From the NCBI GenBank assembly GCA_013239625.1, contig MU054187.1:21331280-21395279 (forward strand): 64,000 nt of DNA, read 5' to 3'. The position numbers and the translations under genes are program-made. The notes below the pieces were generated by a model that was given only the letters and a program-made list of their open reading frames with translations, ran no database searches and was not told the origin of the DNA. The stretch is from Lama guanicoe (Eukaryota). Numbering within the stretch: position 1 is the stretch's first letter; the number at the start of each line of letters is the position of its first letter. Shown here piece after piece: positions 49,477 to 63,811 of this stretch.

Positions 49477-49820
49477 CAGTTCTTTATCCTGACCCCACAT
49501 TTGTATCTCGTCAAGAGCTTTAAAAAAATTATGCCCTGGGTCCCATCCAAAGTCAAATGAATCAGGGGGGATCATGTAGCTCAGTGGCAGAGCACATGCT
49601 TAGCATGCACGAGGTCATGGGTTCAATCCTCAGTACCTCCATTAAAATAAATAAATAAAAATAAAACCTAATTACCCTCCCTCGGGGGGAAAAAAAAGAC
49701 AAATGATATTTTTTTTAAAAAAAGCAAATGAATCAGGATCTCTGGAGATGGAACCAACTATAAGTGTTTTTAAAATTTCTGTAGGTAATACTAACATGTA
49801 GCAAGTATTTAGAACGCTGA
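49477..49820. mobile_element. MER5-like hAT-Charlie element interrupted by a SINE
   Basis: 'ctttaaaaaaattatgccctgggtcccatcc...aatgaatca|ggatctctggagatggaacc...taggtaatactaacatgtagcaag'. Confidence 0.65.
49565..49722 (+). mobile_element. tRNA-derived SINE (Vic-1-like) with TSD
   Basis: A/B boxes TAGCTCAGTGG / GGTTCAATCC; flanks caaatgaatca / caaatgaatca. Confidence 0.92.
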
Positions 49821-50714
49821 TGAACAGCGAGCTTTGCAAGCCTTTATCTGAGGTCAGATGAAAAGCTTTTGTTTGCCATCTTGCAAAATAGAAAGTAGTT
49901 TTGTTTACTCCCAGATATGATAAGATGAAAAAAAACGAATTGCAAAGCTAGGAGAGATGGCAGTTTGATGGAGCTTGGAGTCTATTCACTTATTTATTCT
50001 GCAAATATTTACTGAGCACCTGTTATGTGCTGTGTGCTGTGCAATCTGGTAGCTGCTAGTAATACAAAATTAACATGACATTGTGCCTTCTCTGTCTGTT
50101 GGGGGAGACAGCTAAATAATCTGATTACAAACCCTAACATCAAGTGCTGAATTGTGAAGATAAATTTTAGCCAGGTGGAAGTGAGGAGGTGCAGTGGCTT
50201 TATTCAAACGGAGGGAGGAGATCTTCCTCTGTCCTTTCTGTTTTTCCGTTTAGTTCATTTGTGGAAGAAATGTGCAGTATTTTTAATTTCCATCTTCTAA
50301 TTTTTAAATATTTATTTACACCGCTCCTGTATTTCCTGTAAACGGCAAGCTGAATTTAAAGATTTTATCAGACGCTGGCTCAAGTTTCAGCAGGAATATT
50401 TCATACATAATTTTGAGCACTTCCAGCAAAAGATCAAAGATACCTGTTCGTGACTTTTTTAGGATTTTAGTGACCATTTATGACAGTTGCCTAAATCTAG
50501 CATTTCATCAAGGACTCCAAAGTGGTGATTTTCTGTGATTCCTTCTTAATTTATTTTCTGTGATATTTCTGTGAAAACAAACTTCCTCTGATCCACTCCT
50601 GAGTTATGCTGCAGTACAATGCGTGTAGGAAAATCAAGATAAATGCTTAATTCTTTATCAGTTTTCAATATAATGAGTTGGTTAATATCACTTGAAGGTG
50701 ACTGATGGAGCATT

Positions 50715-51000
50715 TTTCTTACTATCATTATGATCTTATGTTTTTAAATAATTAATGATTTCAATCTATTACAATCTATATCTAGTTCTCAAATCATTTC
50801 AATTTTATGGCCAGTGAGGACCACTTCAAGTTGGCTTCAGAGAAATTTAGACATGACCAGAGTCATCTCTGATAACTTCTTGGCTTCTGATATGAGAGAA
50901 TGTGACCAATTTATCTGGTCCCTTTCCTGATCCACACCCAGAATCAGCTGCTTCTTTCAAGTACCTTAGTGGGAAGTGGTGTGTACAGACCCATTCTGAA
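50715..51000 (-). mobile_element. Old L1 3' fragment (L1MC4/5-like)
   Basis: 'tggccagtgaggaccacttcaagttggcttc' and 'cccagaatcagctgcttctttcaag'. Confidence 0.6.
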
Positions 51001-53530
51001 GCCTTTTGCCTGGATTCATAGAAACTGGAGATCGTGGGGCCTTTTTTTGAGAATGAATGAAAAGAAAGGGTATTTTCATGTAGACTATAGAGGGTGAGGT
51101 GCTCTGTAAGGAAATCCTGCTTGAGAGACAGAAATTTTTCCCTAAGCTTTCTCGTTACTAGTGTTAAATTTTTCAGGCAAATATTTATAGACTCTTGTCA
51201 CTTTTCTCCCACAGCTCACCTCCTTGGATGATGAAGAAGAGCCATGTGATACTAACAGGCATTTAGTTTATAAATTACCACTACTGCCTGTCATAAAGCT
51301 TTGTGTCTGTCAAGGTATAATGAGATATCAGAGAACGTTTATTGAGTAGTCACAGTGTTAGATGTAGGGGATTCAAACATGATTAAGACTTTACTTGCCC
51401 TTGTCCTTCAGCTCATTTAAATAGGGATGAATGCTACTGTGGGAGCTCAGAGAAAGAAGTGATAAATTCTACCTGAGTGAAAGAGAGATGCGTTCAAGGA
51501 GTAAGAAGTGTTTGAGTAATGGTCTGGAAAGGAATAAACTTGGGTGTGTGTGTTGGTGGGGAGGGGGGCGGAGAAGAGAATGTAGGATGTTATTTGAAAC
51601 AACGCGAACAGTAATGGTAAAGACCTAGTAATTTCCAGAGGGTGGCTGATCCGTGTGGTTGCCGTACACAGTGGCTCAGTGGAAATTCAAATATCCTGCT
51701 GAGAAGATACTTGGGTCAGGTTGTTTTGGCATGAAGGGCATTTACAAAGCTGTCATCCAAACTGAGGCGACTGCAGTGAAAGGTGACTAGAGAAGCAGCT
51801 GAGACACTGCAGAGACAGAGCAGTCCTCTTGGTGAGTGTGTGGGACGGAGGGTTTAAAGCTGATAAAGCTACTTTGCTCACGGTCACTGATACTACGTGG
51901 TTGACGATGGGGTGAGACCTCATCAGGGTAGTCAGAGCTCAGGAGTGACCCAATCAGACAAAGACATTAAAGAATTCACAAAATCAGCCACCACAATGAA
52001 ATCAAGCATCTCATCAAGAATCAGAGAGACCCACTGATAAATGAGTTATGTGGCAGAAGTGAGGTTAAATGACTTGTTCCAAATGCCTCATTCATTCATA
52101 TGAATGAATTATCACACTTACTCATTCACATTCTCTCTGCTGAGAATCGTCCTCCCAGCCTAGTGTTCGGACTTCCACCGAGGCACTTTGTACTACAAAT
52201 ACACGGGTTGAATACCCTTTCAACTTTGAAATCCCTGTACTGTTATGATGCATTGCTATGTGCAAGAAACACAAAGAAAAATAAAACTTGGAATTGTCCC
52301 AAGACGGTGGTAAATTACAGCTTAGCCGGTGATAGGAAGTTGCGATTAGAAGCCAGAACTCCCAATCCAGTGTTGGTTTTGTCACACCACCTCTGCTCCG
52401 TCCCATCTCACCTGGGTCTACTCCTCACCCTTTGACTCCATATTTTAAACTATAGGTAACGTGGTCTTTACCCACTTTTGCTGCATGTTGACATTATAAC
52501 TGACCGTGAATAGTGTCTGTGCTTGGGCAGGGCACTTCAGAACACCCACGTGCTTCTGAGCATGTTTATGATCGACTTTGTCCAAGGCAAATGTTAAGGA
52601 TTCATAATCCCTCTTCACTGTAATATGACAGTTCTCCTTTTACAGTTCAGGCCTCAAGTAAGAGGCGTGCTTCTGTCACTAGTGGGGTAGGCGTGTCTAG
52701 CATTTGCCCTGACTCCACATCTTAGATGAGTAAATGACAACGTCTTTAAAAAATTATGTGCGTATTAAATAGGCGTGTGTCCATTCGTTTCCGTCCAACA
52801 CTAACCTTAAATATTTTACTTCTCAATGCATCTCGGTAAACAGAGCAGTTCACAAACTAGAAGTGTGCACTTAAGCTGATTCTTAGTTCTTTCATTCTTT
52901 TTTTATATTCATCTTATTTAATTTAATCGCAGAACACCCCCAGGCGGTTGATGCTGACTCTCACTTATTTGACATCAAAATTCTTGAGAACTTGTTCCTC
53001 CCCAGCAGGGTTTAATTTTTTTCACTTTAAAACATCTTCTCTAACTATCTCCCTCTGACAGAAAAAAGAAAAACACATCTTCTGCCTTTTGCACTGATTT
53101 CCCACTGCGACTGGGATCTTGGTTATGGACTTTCTGCTCAGGATCGGTTCTAACTTTTTTTTTCTTCCCCTGAGAAGACATCTAAAGAACTTCAAAGATC
53201 TTTTGTTTTGCTTTTATACTTTTCCCATTGAAGGAATTATTCATAACTCTTTCTGCCAGGCGTTCAACCCATTTTGAGCATGGTGCTTATAAACCAATTA
53301 ACAATTTCTCACAGAACTGTCCCTTTAAGAAGGGGCTTCAGGAAGGAAACACCAGGGATCTTGTCTTTCCTAGAAAGATGATTGCAAAAAAAAAAAAAAA
53401 AGAGTGAGAATTTTAATAAGGGGTTCTCACCAAGAAGTTTTAGTTTCTAGAAATGTGTTTATCTAATTGCATTGGACACATTTGCAAAGACTTTACCAAC
53501 TTGACTATGGTTTTTAAAAAAGAGTTATTG

Positions 53531-53682
53531 AGGGAGGAAGGTACAGCTCAAGCGGTAAAACGCATGCTTAGTGTGCACAAGGCCTTGGGTTCAATCCCAG
53601 AACCTCCTCTAAAAATAAATAATGAAACCTAATTACCCCGCCTGCAAAAAATAATGACATAATATAAAAGTTAATAAACCAA
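53531..53682 (+). mobile_element. tRNA-derived SINE (Vic-1-like)
   Basis: 'ggtacagctcaagcggtaaaacgcatgcttagtgtgcacaaggccttgggttcaatccc...aaacctaattaccc'; flanks aagagttattga / gaaaattattga. Confidence 0.88.
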
Positions 53683-56600
53683 AGAAAATTATTGAATTTT
53701 TAGAATTGGAAGAGATCATAGAGGCTTGACAGTTCCAATTTTTCAGATGATTACACTGAGGCCCACAGAAAGGGGACGGCTGCTAGATTCTGCAGGTTTC
53801 AGGAGGGCCAGGTTAGGTCTGGAGCTCCTGCTCGCTGCCTGCTGCTTGCCCTGTTCTTAACGTTCTTCAGTGTCGGTCCACATGTCACCCCCTCTCGGGT
53901 TCTCTCTGGATACTTACTACAACTTCCGCAGGCCCAGCTGTATAGTGGGATGATTACACAGGACTTTCTAAGTACTAAAAAGGTAGTTCTTATTATCATC
54001 TCATCAATATGGAATAATCCTGGTAGGCAGGACAATTTATCCTTTATCTCTAAGCATTTTTTTTAACGTAAACCGGATACTCCATAAAAATTCATTATAC
54101 TAAAGAACGCTTGTCTGCCTGTCAGTGTGGTCCATCCTTGCTTACTAAGTAATGCAAGAAATCCAAGCTTACAGAATATTTTAGAATAAGTTCTTCAAAA
54201 GAAATGCAGTTTGACTTAAATTTTATCCTTAGACTTAGTCTTGCTTGTTTTTACTTAAAATTTGATTATAAGAAGGCATACGCCAATGTCTTACTTGGGG
54301 GGAAAAAAGGAAGACATAAAATTCCATACTGTCTACTTTTAAGTAGCTTGGAGTTCTTAAAACATAAATATGCTTAGTTAAATAAGTAGAATGAAGGATT
54401 TTTAAACATAAAACCCATCACCAACACGATTTAGTGGACTGCCAGTTCCAAATTATTTGAAAAATGTTATTCTGAAAGTTTAAGCAGTAAATACGTCAGT
54501 TGAAAATTACTTTGCATTTTTCCATGAACCTTCATAGATACACTTATTAAATGTTTTTAGTTTTTAATCATAATGTAACTGGATAATTTAAGTGGTATCA
54601 GAGATTAGTTTGGAGTATTTCTTTTTTCAAAAATATGTTTAAGTATAACCAGTTTATCAGTTTAATTGTTTTTCCACCAAAGTTTTTAACTAATTTATCT
54701 TAAAATTACCCCCTAAATACAGGATATGGGGGAACTGAATACACTTGCCTGATTCCCCAAATGCTAGTTTAAAATTCACCTCAAAACTACGAAAATTATC
54801 ATCCAAAACTTGGAGAATATTTTCCAAATTAAATTACTAATTGAAATTTTAGAAGTTGATATTTAATTTAGGGAACAAATATTTGATGGTATTCATGCTT
54901 CAAATACAAATATTATCAAATTCAAGCCTATCTTTCCTTCTGAAAGGCCAATTTTGTCTTTGTCAAATCCCTTAATATTTCATGATTATGAACACATAAA
55001 AAGTCTGTCTTTTCCAGCCCTCCATTTTCCATAGATATTATACTATGTGCCTTTTCATTATAATTTATAGACACTGGATAATCTTTTCTTTATGAAATGT
55101 TGGTGATGGGAGATATTTTTTTAATGTCCTTACTTGAAAGAATATTTTTCTCATGGAGATTTTCTGACCCATGAAATCCCAAAGTCAAGGAATCAGTGAT
55201 CCAGAAATACGGATATTAAATTTAGGTTGCTCATACTATGATTATATTAAAAATGCAGTTTATTCCTTTTTTCTAATAGTCTGTGAGGTTTGCTAGATGT
55301 CCATATGGCAAAAATAGGTCTTAGTTTGTGGCTTGCATGTGAATGTACAAAGCTTGATTACATACATAACACTCACTTATGGATTTTTTTAGGAAGTTGT
55401 TGCAATGAAAACCATGTCCTAACACACGCAGTGTACTCCCACATCCCATGTCCCAAATAGCATTTAGTCAGATGAGCAAACTGATTTTACAGTGAGCCCA
55501 GTGTACAGTGAATCTGTCTCCATGGATTCAATATGTTATGAATAGCAGATGACCATTTAGAGTCATGGATTCCACTCAGCTAAATAATAGCTGATTATGC
55601 CGTAGTCATGTCCAACCAAATGATTATTGAGAGCCTTCCGTGATCAGAATTTATGGGAGAACACAAGAATGAATGAAGAAGTTATCCTGTCAAATGTTTT
55701 CAATCGCTTAGGCTTGATTACATATACATGGTTAAGAGTAATGTATTCTTGCATTTTGGAAGAATAAATGAGGAATTAAAGAAAGAAGAGGCAGAAAAAT
55801 TTCATCATGATGGGACCATTTGAGTTAAGCCCGTTTAACTTTTTTTTTCCAGCTGTCAATGTCCTGGATGAAATAAAATTTGGATCTTGGTTTGTCTTTC
55901 TTAAATAAGATACTAAATAGTTAAAGTTGTTACATCAGTAAAATGTGTTATGAATAACATGGTTCAGTTATTTTCAGACAATATTAAATATAGATTGGCT
56001 ATGATATAAATACTTAAACCCGATCAAATTTCTACTTATAATTGTAAAAAGGAAATAAAAGAAAGTGTGATAAATGAGAATAATAATAGATTACCTATTA
56101 GGAAATGGTATATTATAATATCAAAAGTAAATAATTTGTAAAAAACAACAAAATGTGTTTTTCAGAGACTTTTTGAATAAGAAATGTGTACCTACAACAT
56201 ATTCTATCTAACAGTTTAAACTTATGATAAACCTGGAAATAGAAAAGAATAAAGATTGCTTCCAAGTGGAAAGTGCTTAAAACCAGCAGTATTTATTGAT
56301 ATTTTGTGCAATAAAAGAAAATAAAAGATGCAATTACTTCAGCTACTTTCTCAGTTAAAGTGGTTTTTAAGGAAAACTTCTTAAAGCAATGGCTAACCTG
56401 CCTCCTACACGAGATGACTTTTTCATGACATTTTCAATATACGTTCAATGCATGTACTCCTAGTCTAAGTTATTAGCCTGAACTGCTTTCCCTTTAGTCA
56501 CTTCAGAGAGCGTTTTTAAGAAATAAACACATACAGCACAAGCAGAAAATAAAACTACTTCTATCTCGCTATTTATAGGAGGTTGAACTTCTTTGGATTG

Positions 56601-57114
56601 CTGGAGCTATAGATTTTTCAGAATGTGTGCTTCAGAGTGAAGTCAAGTGATATTACTTTTCTCTCAGATTATCAGTCAACTGAAAAAAAAATCATTAGTT
56701 CCAAATTTCAAATTCCACCTATACTGTGAGTTATACGAGAGCACCTGGCTTTTCTCACTTCTTATTTAAACATTGTCTGTATGAGAATGGATACCAGCTG
56801 ATTACTATGGCTGAATTGTCAGCTTTATGGATTATTTACTATACAAAGAACCTCTTCTGCCCTGCAGAAAGTGTTGGATTTTTTTTAATACAACCAACAA
56901 CAGGTGTGTGATAAAGGATGTAAAAGGAGGCCACCAAAGGGGAAAAAGTACTTGAATCTACTTCAACATGAAGTTCCCCTTTTTGAGTCTCTTTCTTAAT
57001 TCCACATTTCCTGAAGAAAGCTAATGCTGACTTATCATTGGCACAGGAACTGAGTAATGGTAAACACTGACATTTACTGAGTACACGATACTGAGCTGCA
57101 TCTCTGTGCTGGGC

Positions 57115-58190
57115 ACATTTGTTTGTTTATTCAATAAAAATGTGTGGTGTACCTACTATATATATCTGGTAGTACAGAAGGAAGCAGGAAAAGGCAGGTG
57201 ATCACTGTCCTCTAGGAACTTATCATCAGATATTCAAAGAGATGTGTCCGAGGCAGTGATAAAGCTGTGCAATGGGAGTTAGGGAAGAAGGGACTAGATC
57301 GAGGCACAGTTTTCTGGAGGAGTTGAGGCTTGGGCTAAATATTAAAGGATAATTGGAAGGTTTGCAAGTAAAGATCAAACGAAATGGCATTTTAAACAGA
57401 GAAGCTGTGTGAACAAAAGTATTGATGGGGAAACTGTATATGTGTTTAAGGAGCTACGGAGATTTTGGCTTTGAGGAGACTGGGACTGGCAAGAATGAAG
57501 GCTGGGAAGGTGTGCAGAGTTAAAATCACGAGAGACCTGGCGTGACATGTTGAGATATTTAAACTCTATCCGATAGATCTGAGAAACCAATTGAGAGTTT
57601 CAAAGCATAGCTTTTACACATATCCTACATTTATGTCAAACTGGAGTTTGTATTTATGGGGATGTATTAGCTGGGGCTGCTGAGACAAATTACCATAGAC
57701 GAGGTGGCTTAAACAATTGAAATTTTTTTTTTCACATTTCTAGAAGCTGGTAAGTTCAAGATCAAGGTGCTGGTGAGGTACATTTCATTCTGAGGCCTCT
57801 TCCCTTGGCTTTTAGGTAGCTACTATGGCGCTGGGTGCTCACATGACCTCCTCTTAGTCTTTGAGCATGGAGACAGAGAGACAGAGCGAGCTTTGTAGTA
57901 TCTCTTCTTATCAGGACACTGGTCCCAACAGCCTCATCTAACTTTACTTACCTCCTAAAGGCGCCATCTCCAAATAACATCACATTGGGGGTTGGGACAT
58001 CAGCATGTGAATTTGGGGAGGACACAAAAAACATCCAGTTTCTAACAGGAGGGGAAAAGGCTGTCAGAGTAATAAAGGGGAAGGATAATGAGGCCTTGAA
58101 GTGGAGGTAAAAAGATGGAAAGAAGAAATAGAAGGGCAATTATGAGATGAAATCAATGAGTCTGGGTGACTGATTGATTGGAGTTGCAGG
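57115..58190 (-). mobile_element. LINE-2 region interrupted by an MLT1A LTR
   Basis: 'ttattcaataaaaatgtgtggtgtacctactata' terminus, 'gaaaccaattgagagtttcaaagca' and 'ctgggtgactgattgattgg'. Confidence 0.65.
57663..58047 (-). mobile_element. MaLR solo LTR (MLT1A-like)
   Basis: TG...CA ends; 'ggtggcttaaacaa', 'aagttcaagatcaaggtgctgg' and 'catcacattgggggtt'. Confidence 0.9.
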
Positions 58191-58512
58191 ACAGAAAGCA
58201 CTTTTTTCTGTCTCCATTGTCACCCATCAGCTCCAAGCCACCAGGTGAGGCTGCTGCGCTCTCCTGGCTTCCTCTCTGCACTTCGCCCGACTCCCACCCA
58301 CTTTCTACACTGCAGGCCCCCACCCCGCTATCCTCCTTAGCACTCCCAAGCCATGATGACTCTGAGTAGCTTCTTTCAAGTCCCTGATCCTTTCCCAATT
58401 CAGTGCATTTGCAAATTCTAGTGGAAAAAATGATAGATAAGAATACAAATAAATGCAACCCAGTGTGCTAAGTCCTACTGGATCACAGAAGAGGAGGCTT
58501 GTAATGGAAGTA

Positions 58513-59095
58513 CAGTCAGTTCTGCTATAACACGACATATGCTTTTCTAAAAAATCACTGCACTGTGCAATATTGTGCAATTAAAAAAAAAACCCACAAG
58601 ACTAATGTAAAAGTTGGAGTTTGGGGCACAGCATTAAAAAATTTCATTTGAGAAATGTTTTTTTTAAATGTGAAGACCCTAATAAAAATGGTGGCATTGT
58701 TTATTATTTGTTAACAAATGCATACGTAATTTAGTATGTAGGGTATTTTTACCTTAAAATTAAAAGCTTGCTTTTGCCAACGGAAGGGTTGGAGTTGTGC
58801 ATTGCTGGAGGGGAGAGGAAGGATGGAGAGCTGAAATCAGAGGAAGGTTGCAGCATATGCTATGGATGTGGCTTCATACACCTGCAGTGAACTGAGGGGG
58901 CAGATCTGAACTGTGTGTATGGGTACATTTTGTTTATTTCTGCTCAGCTTGAGTTCAACTGGTGCCGTTTTTTGCATTCACTTCATGTTTCTCATTGAGG
59001 AAATCACACATAAGCAACCTCAAATTGCTGCCTTCTATCAACCATTTTGGAAGAGTCATGTTTTTTCAAAACAAGCCTTATAGCAGAAATGAGTG
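58513..59095. mobile_element. TcMar-Tigger element (Tigger13-like) with TIRs
   Basis: TA|cagtcagttctgctataa ... ttatagcagaaatgagtg (reverse complement cactcatttctgctataa). Confidence 0.8.
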
Positions 59096-61399
59096 CAGTT
59101 GTGCCTAGAGCTATTGGGAAAATCATCCCAAAGGTGGTGACATGGGAACTGAGTCTTGAAATATGAACAAAGGTGTGTCAGCGGAAAAGAGGGAAGGGAA
59201 CTAGGCAAAAAGAGTGACACGCATAGTGACCCAGGCGCGAAAGAGAGTGTCATGTTTGGCAATCTTCCCAATGTGTGCTTTTCCTGTTTTAATCCATTAT
59301 ATTGGTGTTTTTCTTTTTTTTAAATTATTTTCCTCATAGTAATTGTTCTAATTTGCCTCCTTTTCCAACACTTGATTCGTTATTGCTTATAATTTGGGGG
59401 AAAATGATTTGCCTTCATTTGATCTCTAAAATCTTTATTTTTCCCATGTGCTTCTATTTGGGGTAATTCACCACATAACCTGACAACACTGTACGCATTT
59501 CAAATGCCTTCCTTTCTAACAAGCGAATTGGCTTTGCCTTGATGCTGAACGTTACAAGTAGTCCTTCCAGGTCCCAAATTAAGCAAACATGATTTACATA
59601 CTTGAAATGACTAAAATAGCAACTTTATGAATTCTAATCCAGGGATAATCATGTTTTCATTTTAGCTGTATTCGGCAATATTACAAACGTAAAGGCTAAA
59701 ATTAATGTTAGTTAGAATTTTTAATTCAGGCAAAGAAATATTGCTCCTAGGGGGTTAATTTAATTTAGTCTGTTACAAGTTAATGAAGTATAAGATGTGT
59801 TCTTATATTACATAGGTTCATTAAATTAATTAACAGTCACTTATTAAGTGCCTGCCATATGCATAATGTGAGCTTTGGGTCTAAGATGCTTTCATTTCAA
59901 TTCATACATCATAACTTCCAGTGCTCCCTCCTGTGCTGAGTATCGTGGATATGATTCCATTGTCGTGACACCCCTGAAGAAAGCGCCCTGAAAGGGAAAA
60001 AAAAAATTTCAGTGAAAAACAGCAGTATTATTTAATTCACTCAAATGATTGTATTAATTGATTTCCTGATGGACATGGGTTTTGTTTTTCCCCATGGATG
60101 GCCAAATTTAGTTTTCGAGTCTAATCCTTTGAGGACACTGCAGTCTAAGTTTTTCCGTGACTTACTGCATCATGTTGGTAAATATCTTTATTGGATGGAG
60201 CAGTCACTTGAGAAACAGAACATCATAATAGTGAAAAAATAGTGCGTCAGCAGCAAAACTCACTGCGCCTATTCAAGCTGTGTAGTATGTTGTCTCCCTC
60301 GGCGATCTGTGACTTGTTCTGCAGAAATGTTCTAAATACTTCTTTTATTTTCTGCAAAAATTCTTTAGTACTTTGGTATTCTGGGTATTCATTAACTCCC
60401 CCAACTACATCTTGAGGACATCTGTTTCCCTGAAATCTCTAAGACAGTTACTGTAGCGATCTGAGGACTGTCATGTAGACGCATTGATGGGTTTTTTTCC
60501 CCCCCATCTCCCCTCCTGCCCTTTGGCTCATTTCACTACTCATTTTGCTCATTCTGGTACTTTATGGATAAGAATAGTATGAGAAAGATAATAAATTTAC
60601 ATCAGTTAATTCTACTACTCTTTATTTGGATAAATCAAAGAAGGATTAAAATGGATTGATGAAAACGCTAAGCATTCAATTTATTCAGCTCTTCTCCCCA
60701 AATGCCATGGATTAACTGGGCTACTTCTCTGTTCCTCAGTTTGTTTTTCTCTTCTTCTTTAACTTTGGGATGAGTATTTGTAATATAAAACAATTCTGGA
60801 TAAAACTTGCCTTTATGTTTTAAATAATACGTCATGTTCATTAGGGTAGAATTTATTTGGAAGAGACCTTGGAATCCTGTCGTCTAAGAATGTTAGATGA
60901 CAAAATGGCCATGTACAAATAAAATCAAAGATGTGTCCAATGATAAGATGCAAATACAGTAAGTTAGAAATCACTAATGTGAAAGGACAATTATATCTCA
61001 AAAACTTGTCTTTCATTATCACATACAAATGATATAAAAGAGAAAATCTGTCTTTAATTTCTACAGCCAAATATTAAATAATTAAAACAAACCTAGGGAC
61101 ATGAAGACAAGTGGATGATGAGGTTTAAAAGGCTTGTTGTAATCACTCAGTCTTTGGAGACAGCATCTATTATTTCACATATTTCTATGCATTTAATCAG
61201 TGCAACTAAGTCAGAGAAATGTGAATCTACAGGGGGAAGAAAACGACATAACCACTTTCGGATGGTGTGGTTGCCAAAATTCTTATCCTTGTAAAAGTGA
61301 TTTTTGAGGTTAAAAGGAAAAGAAATCTAGCATCTGTAAGCGTTTTACAGCTGTAACATTTTACAGGCAAGTTAAAGCACTGTTTGGAGAATTTCCACA

Positions 61400-61720
61400 T
61401 GGCTGGTATTTATTAAACCTAAAAGTTAAAATTGCTCTCTTAGTTTTATTGGAGTACAAACATTTTGTATTGTCTGTCGGGATAACTTTAGAAAAGATCT
61501 AGAAATGATAAATGTGCTATGATGAACTGCTACTGAAGGAAAGCCAAAGGGACTTTGGTTTCTGTCGTATATAAAGGATGGCATTCCAGATTATAAGGAG
61601 GGGTTATCTCTAGCTACACATCTCTCCTGAGATAGGATCTGGGACACTCTAGCCGTCTCTGGCTAGTTGAAAGTGTAGGTTATGTTTTGGCTTTCTGAGT
61701 CTCTTTGCTGGAGGAAAATT
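61400..61720 (+). mobile_element. Possible CR1/L3 fragment
   Basis: Degenerate 'gctactgaaggaaagccaaagggactttgg...ggcattccagattataaggagg'. Confidence 0.3.
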
Positions 61721-63525
61721 AAATCGTGCATTTCCATAAGAACACTTTATTTTCATTATTGAGTAGTTAAAGTGAGAGTGAATTGAGAAAAATACAATAA
61801 GATTCAAAAACGAAGAGTAAGACCTCCAAATTATTATCCGATTGTATCCCTAGGGAATTAATCACTGTCCCATTTAATTTAAGAAAGATTAATAGTGCCC
61901 GTCCTGAGCTACAAATGCTGGTATCTTTTTCCCCTCCTGGTCTAGTGCGGCGATGGTGAGGACTATAGCAGACGGATGCTCCAGCTGCTATGGAAACCAC
62001 AGAATAGAGTGGCCCTAACTCTCCTGGACGAAAAGGGGAGAAGGGCTGCCCCCACAGACAGCAAGCACATGCAAAAAGAAAGAGATGCTGAGAACAGTGG
62101 AGTGGGAAAACATTGTCTAAATGTTCTCATGTGCATAGATGCAAAATCTAAACAAGAGCAAAATATTAGTAAATCACATGCAGTGATCCATAGAAAAGAT
62201 AATGTGTCATGAACACAATGGGTTTATTCTAGAAATGCAGGTCTGGTGTAACATTTTAAAACTAATCAGAATATTTCAGAATAAATGAGAAGAAAGCATA
62301 TGCATCAATAGAAGCAGAAAAATATTTAACCAATTTCAACATCTAATCATGATCAAAACTCATAGAAATAGAAGGAAATGTCTTTAATGTGATATGAGTT
62401 TCTGAAAATTAAAACATACACAAACAAGAGCAAAATCCTACTTGGTGGTGAATTATTGAAACGTTTTGCCCTGAAACTCAGCGTGACAAAAGAGTACCCA
62501 CTCTCATCATTTATATTCAGCCTTACACTGGAGGTCATTACATTACAGAAAGGAATAAAAGCTTATTTACAGATAATTTGATCAATACATAGAAAATCTA
62601 AAACAATAGACTGTTTCAATCAACTAGAACTAGTTTAGCAATTCCAGAAGGTCAATATACAAAGTCAGATTTTTTTTTCTGTATACCATCCAATGCAGCA
62701 AACATATAGAAAATGAAAATTTAAAGGCACATTATTTAAATTTTTTTAATTCCAATATTGCAGAATAAATCTAATGGAAGATGTGGAAAACCTATACACA
62801 GAAGCCTACAAAACCTGTTCATAGACCTGAGGGCCTGCTACTAAAATAACATTTCTCACCAAATTCATCTATAGATTCAAAGTAATCCAAATCAAAATCC
62901 CAATCACTTTTAAAATAAAACCTAACAATCTAATTCTAAAATTCAACATGGCATTTGCAAAGGACTAAGAATATAAAAACACTGTTGAAGCAAAAAAAAA
63001 CCAAAAATTAACAGGCTTTCACCACTAGATATCAAGATTCATTATAAAGTTACAATAATTAAGATAATGTGTGTGGTGCAAGGATAAATCAACAAACTAA
63101 GGGAACTGAATACGGAATCTAGAAATAGAATCATGTATATATGGTCAATTGGTTCATAAGACAGTTGACACTACAGTTCTTAGGGACAGAATAGTCTGTT
63201 TAAACTCTGTGGGATACACTGGATCTCCATTAAAAAAAAAAAAAAAAACTCTATTCTTGACCCCTTACGTCAAACCATACAAGATAGAAATTTCAATTAT
63301 ATGGGAGATCAAAAGATGAAAAACTTCTAGAAGTAATCATAAGAGCATATTTTCATTTTCTTTGTGAGCACAAAACTTTCTTAAAGTTGACAGAAAATAA
63401 TGACAACAGAAAAAAATTAAAATTTTGGATGTTTTAAAAATAAAAACTTGTGTTTATGAGATGCATCATTTGGAAAGTGAAAAGCAAGCCACAGTGTGGA
63501 AGAAGATACTCTATATATTTTTTTT

Positions 63526-63528
<3 letters not shown>

Positions 63529-63570
<42 letters not shown>
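63529..63570. repeat. (TA)n microsatellite
   Basis: About 21 perfect TA units. Confidence 0.99.
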
Positions 63571-63571
<1 letters not shown>

Positions 63572-63572
63572 C

Positions 63573-63811
63573 CTACTGATGCATATGACTTTTCTCATTT
63601 ATTCTGAAATATTTTGATTGATTTTTAAATGCTATACCAGACCTGCATTTCTAGAATAATCCCAATGTGACCATAATATGTTATCCCTTCTTTATCACTG
63701 CATATGATTTGCTAATATTTTGCTCTGGTTTAGATTTTTACATCTATGCACATGAAAAAGCTTAGACTGTATTTTCCCACTCCACTGATTTTAATGTTGC
63801 TTCTTTCGCAT
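63573..63811 (-). repeat. Inverted copy of 62069-62311
   Basis: The reverse complement matches collinearly: cagtggagtgggaaaa, tcatgtgcatagatg, agagcaaaatattag, ttattctagaaatgcaggtctggt, aatatttcagaataaatgagaa, catatgcatca. Confidence 0.9.
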
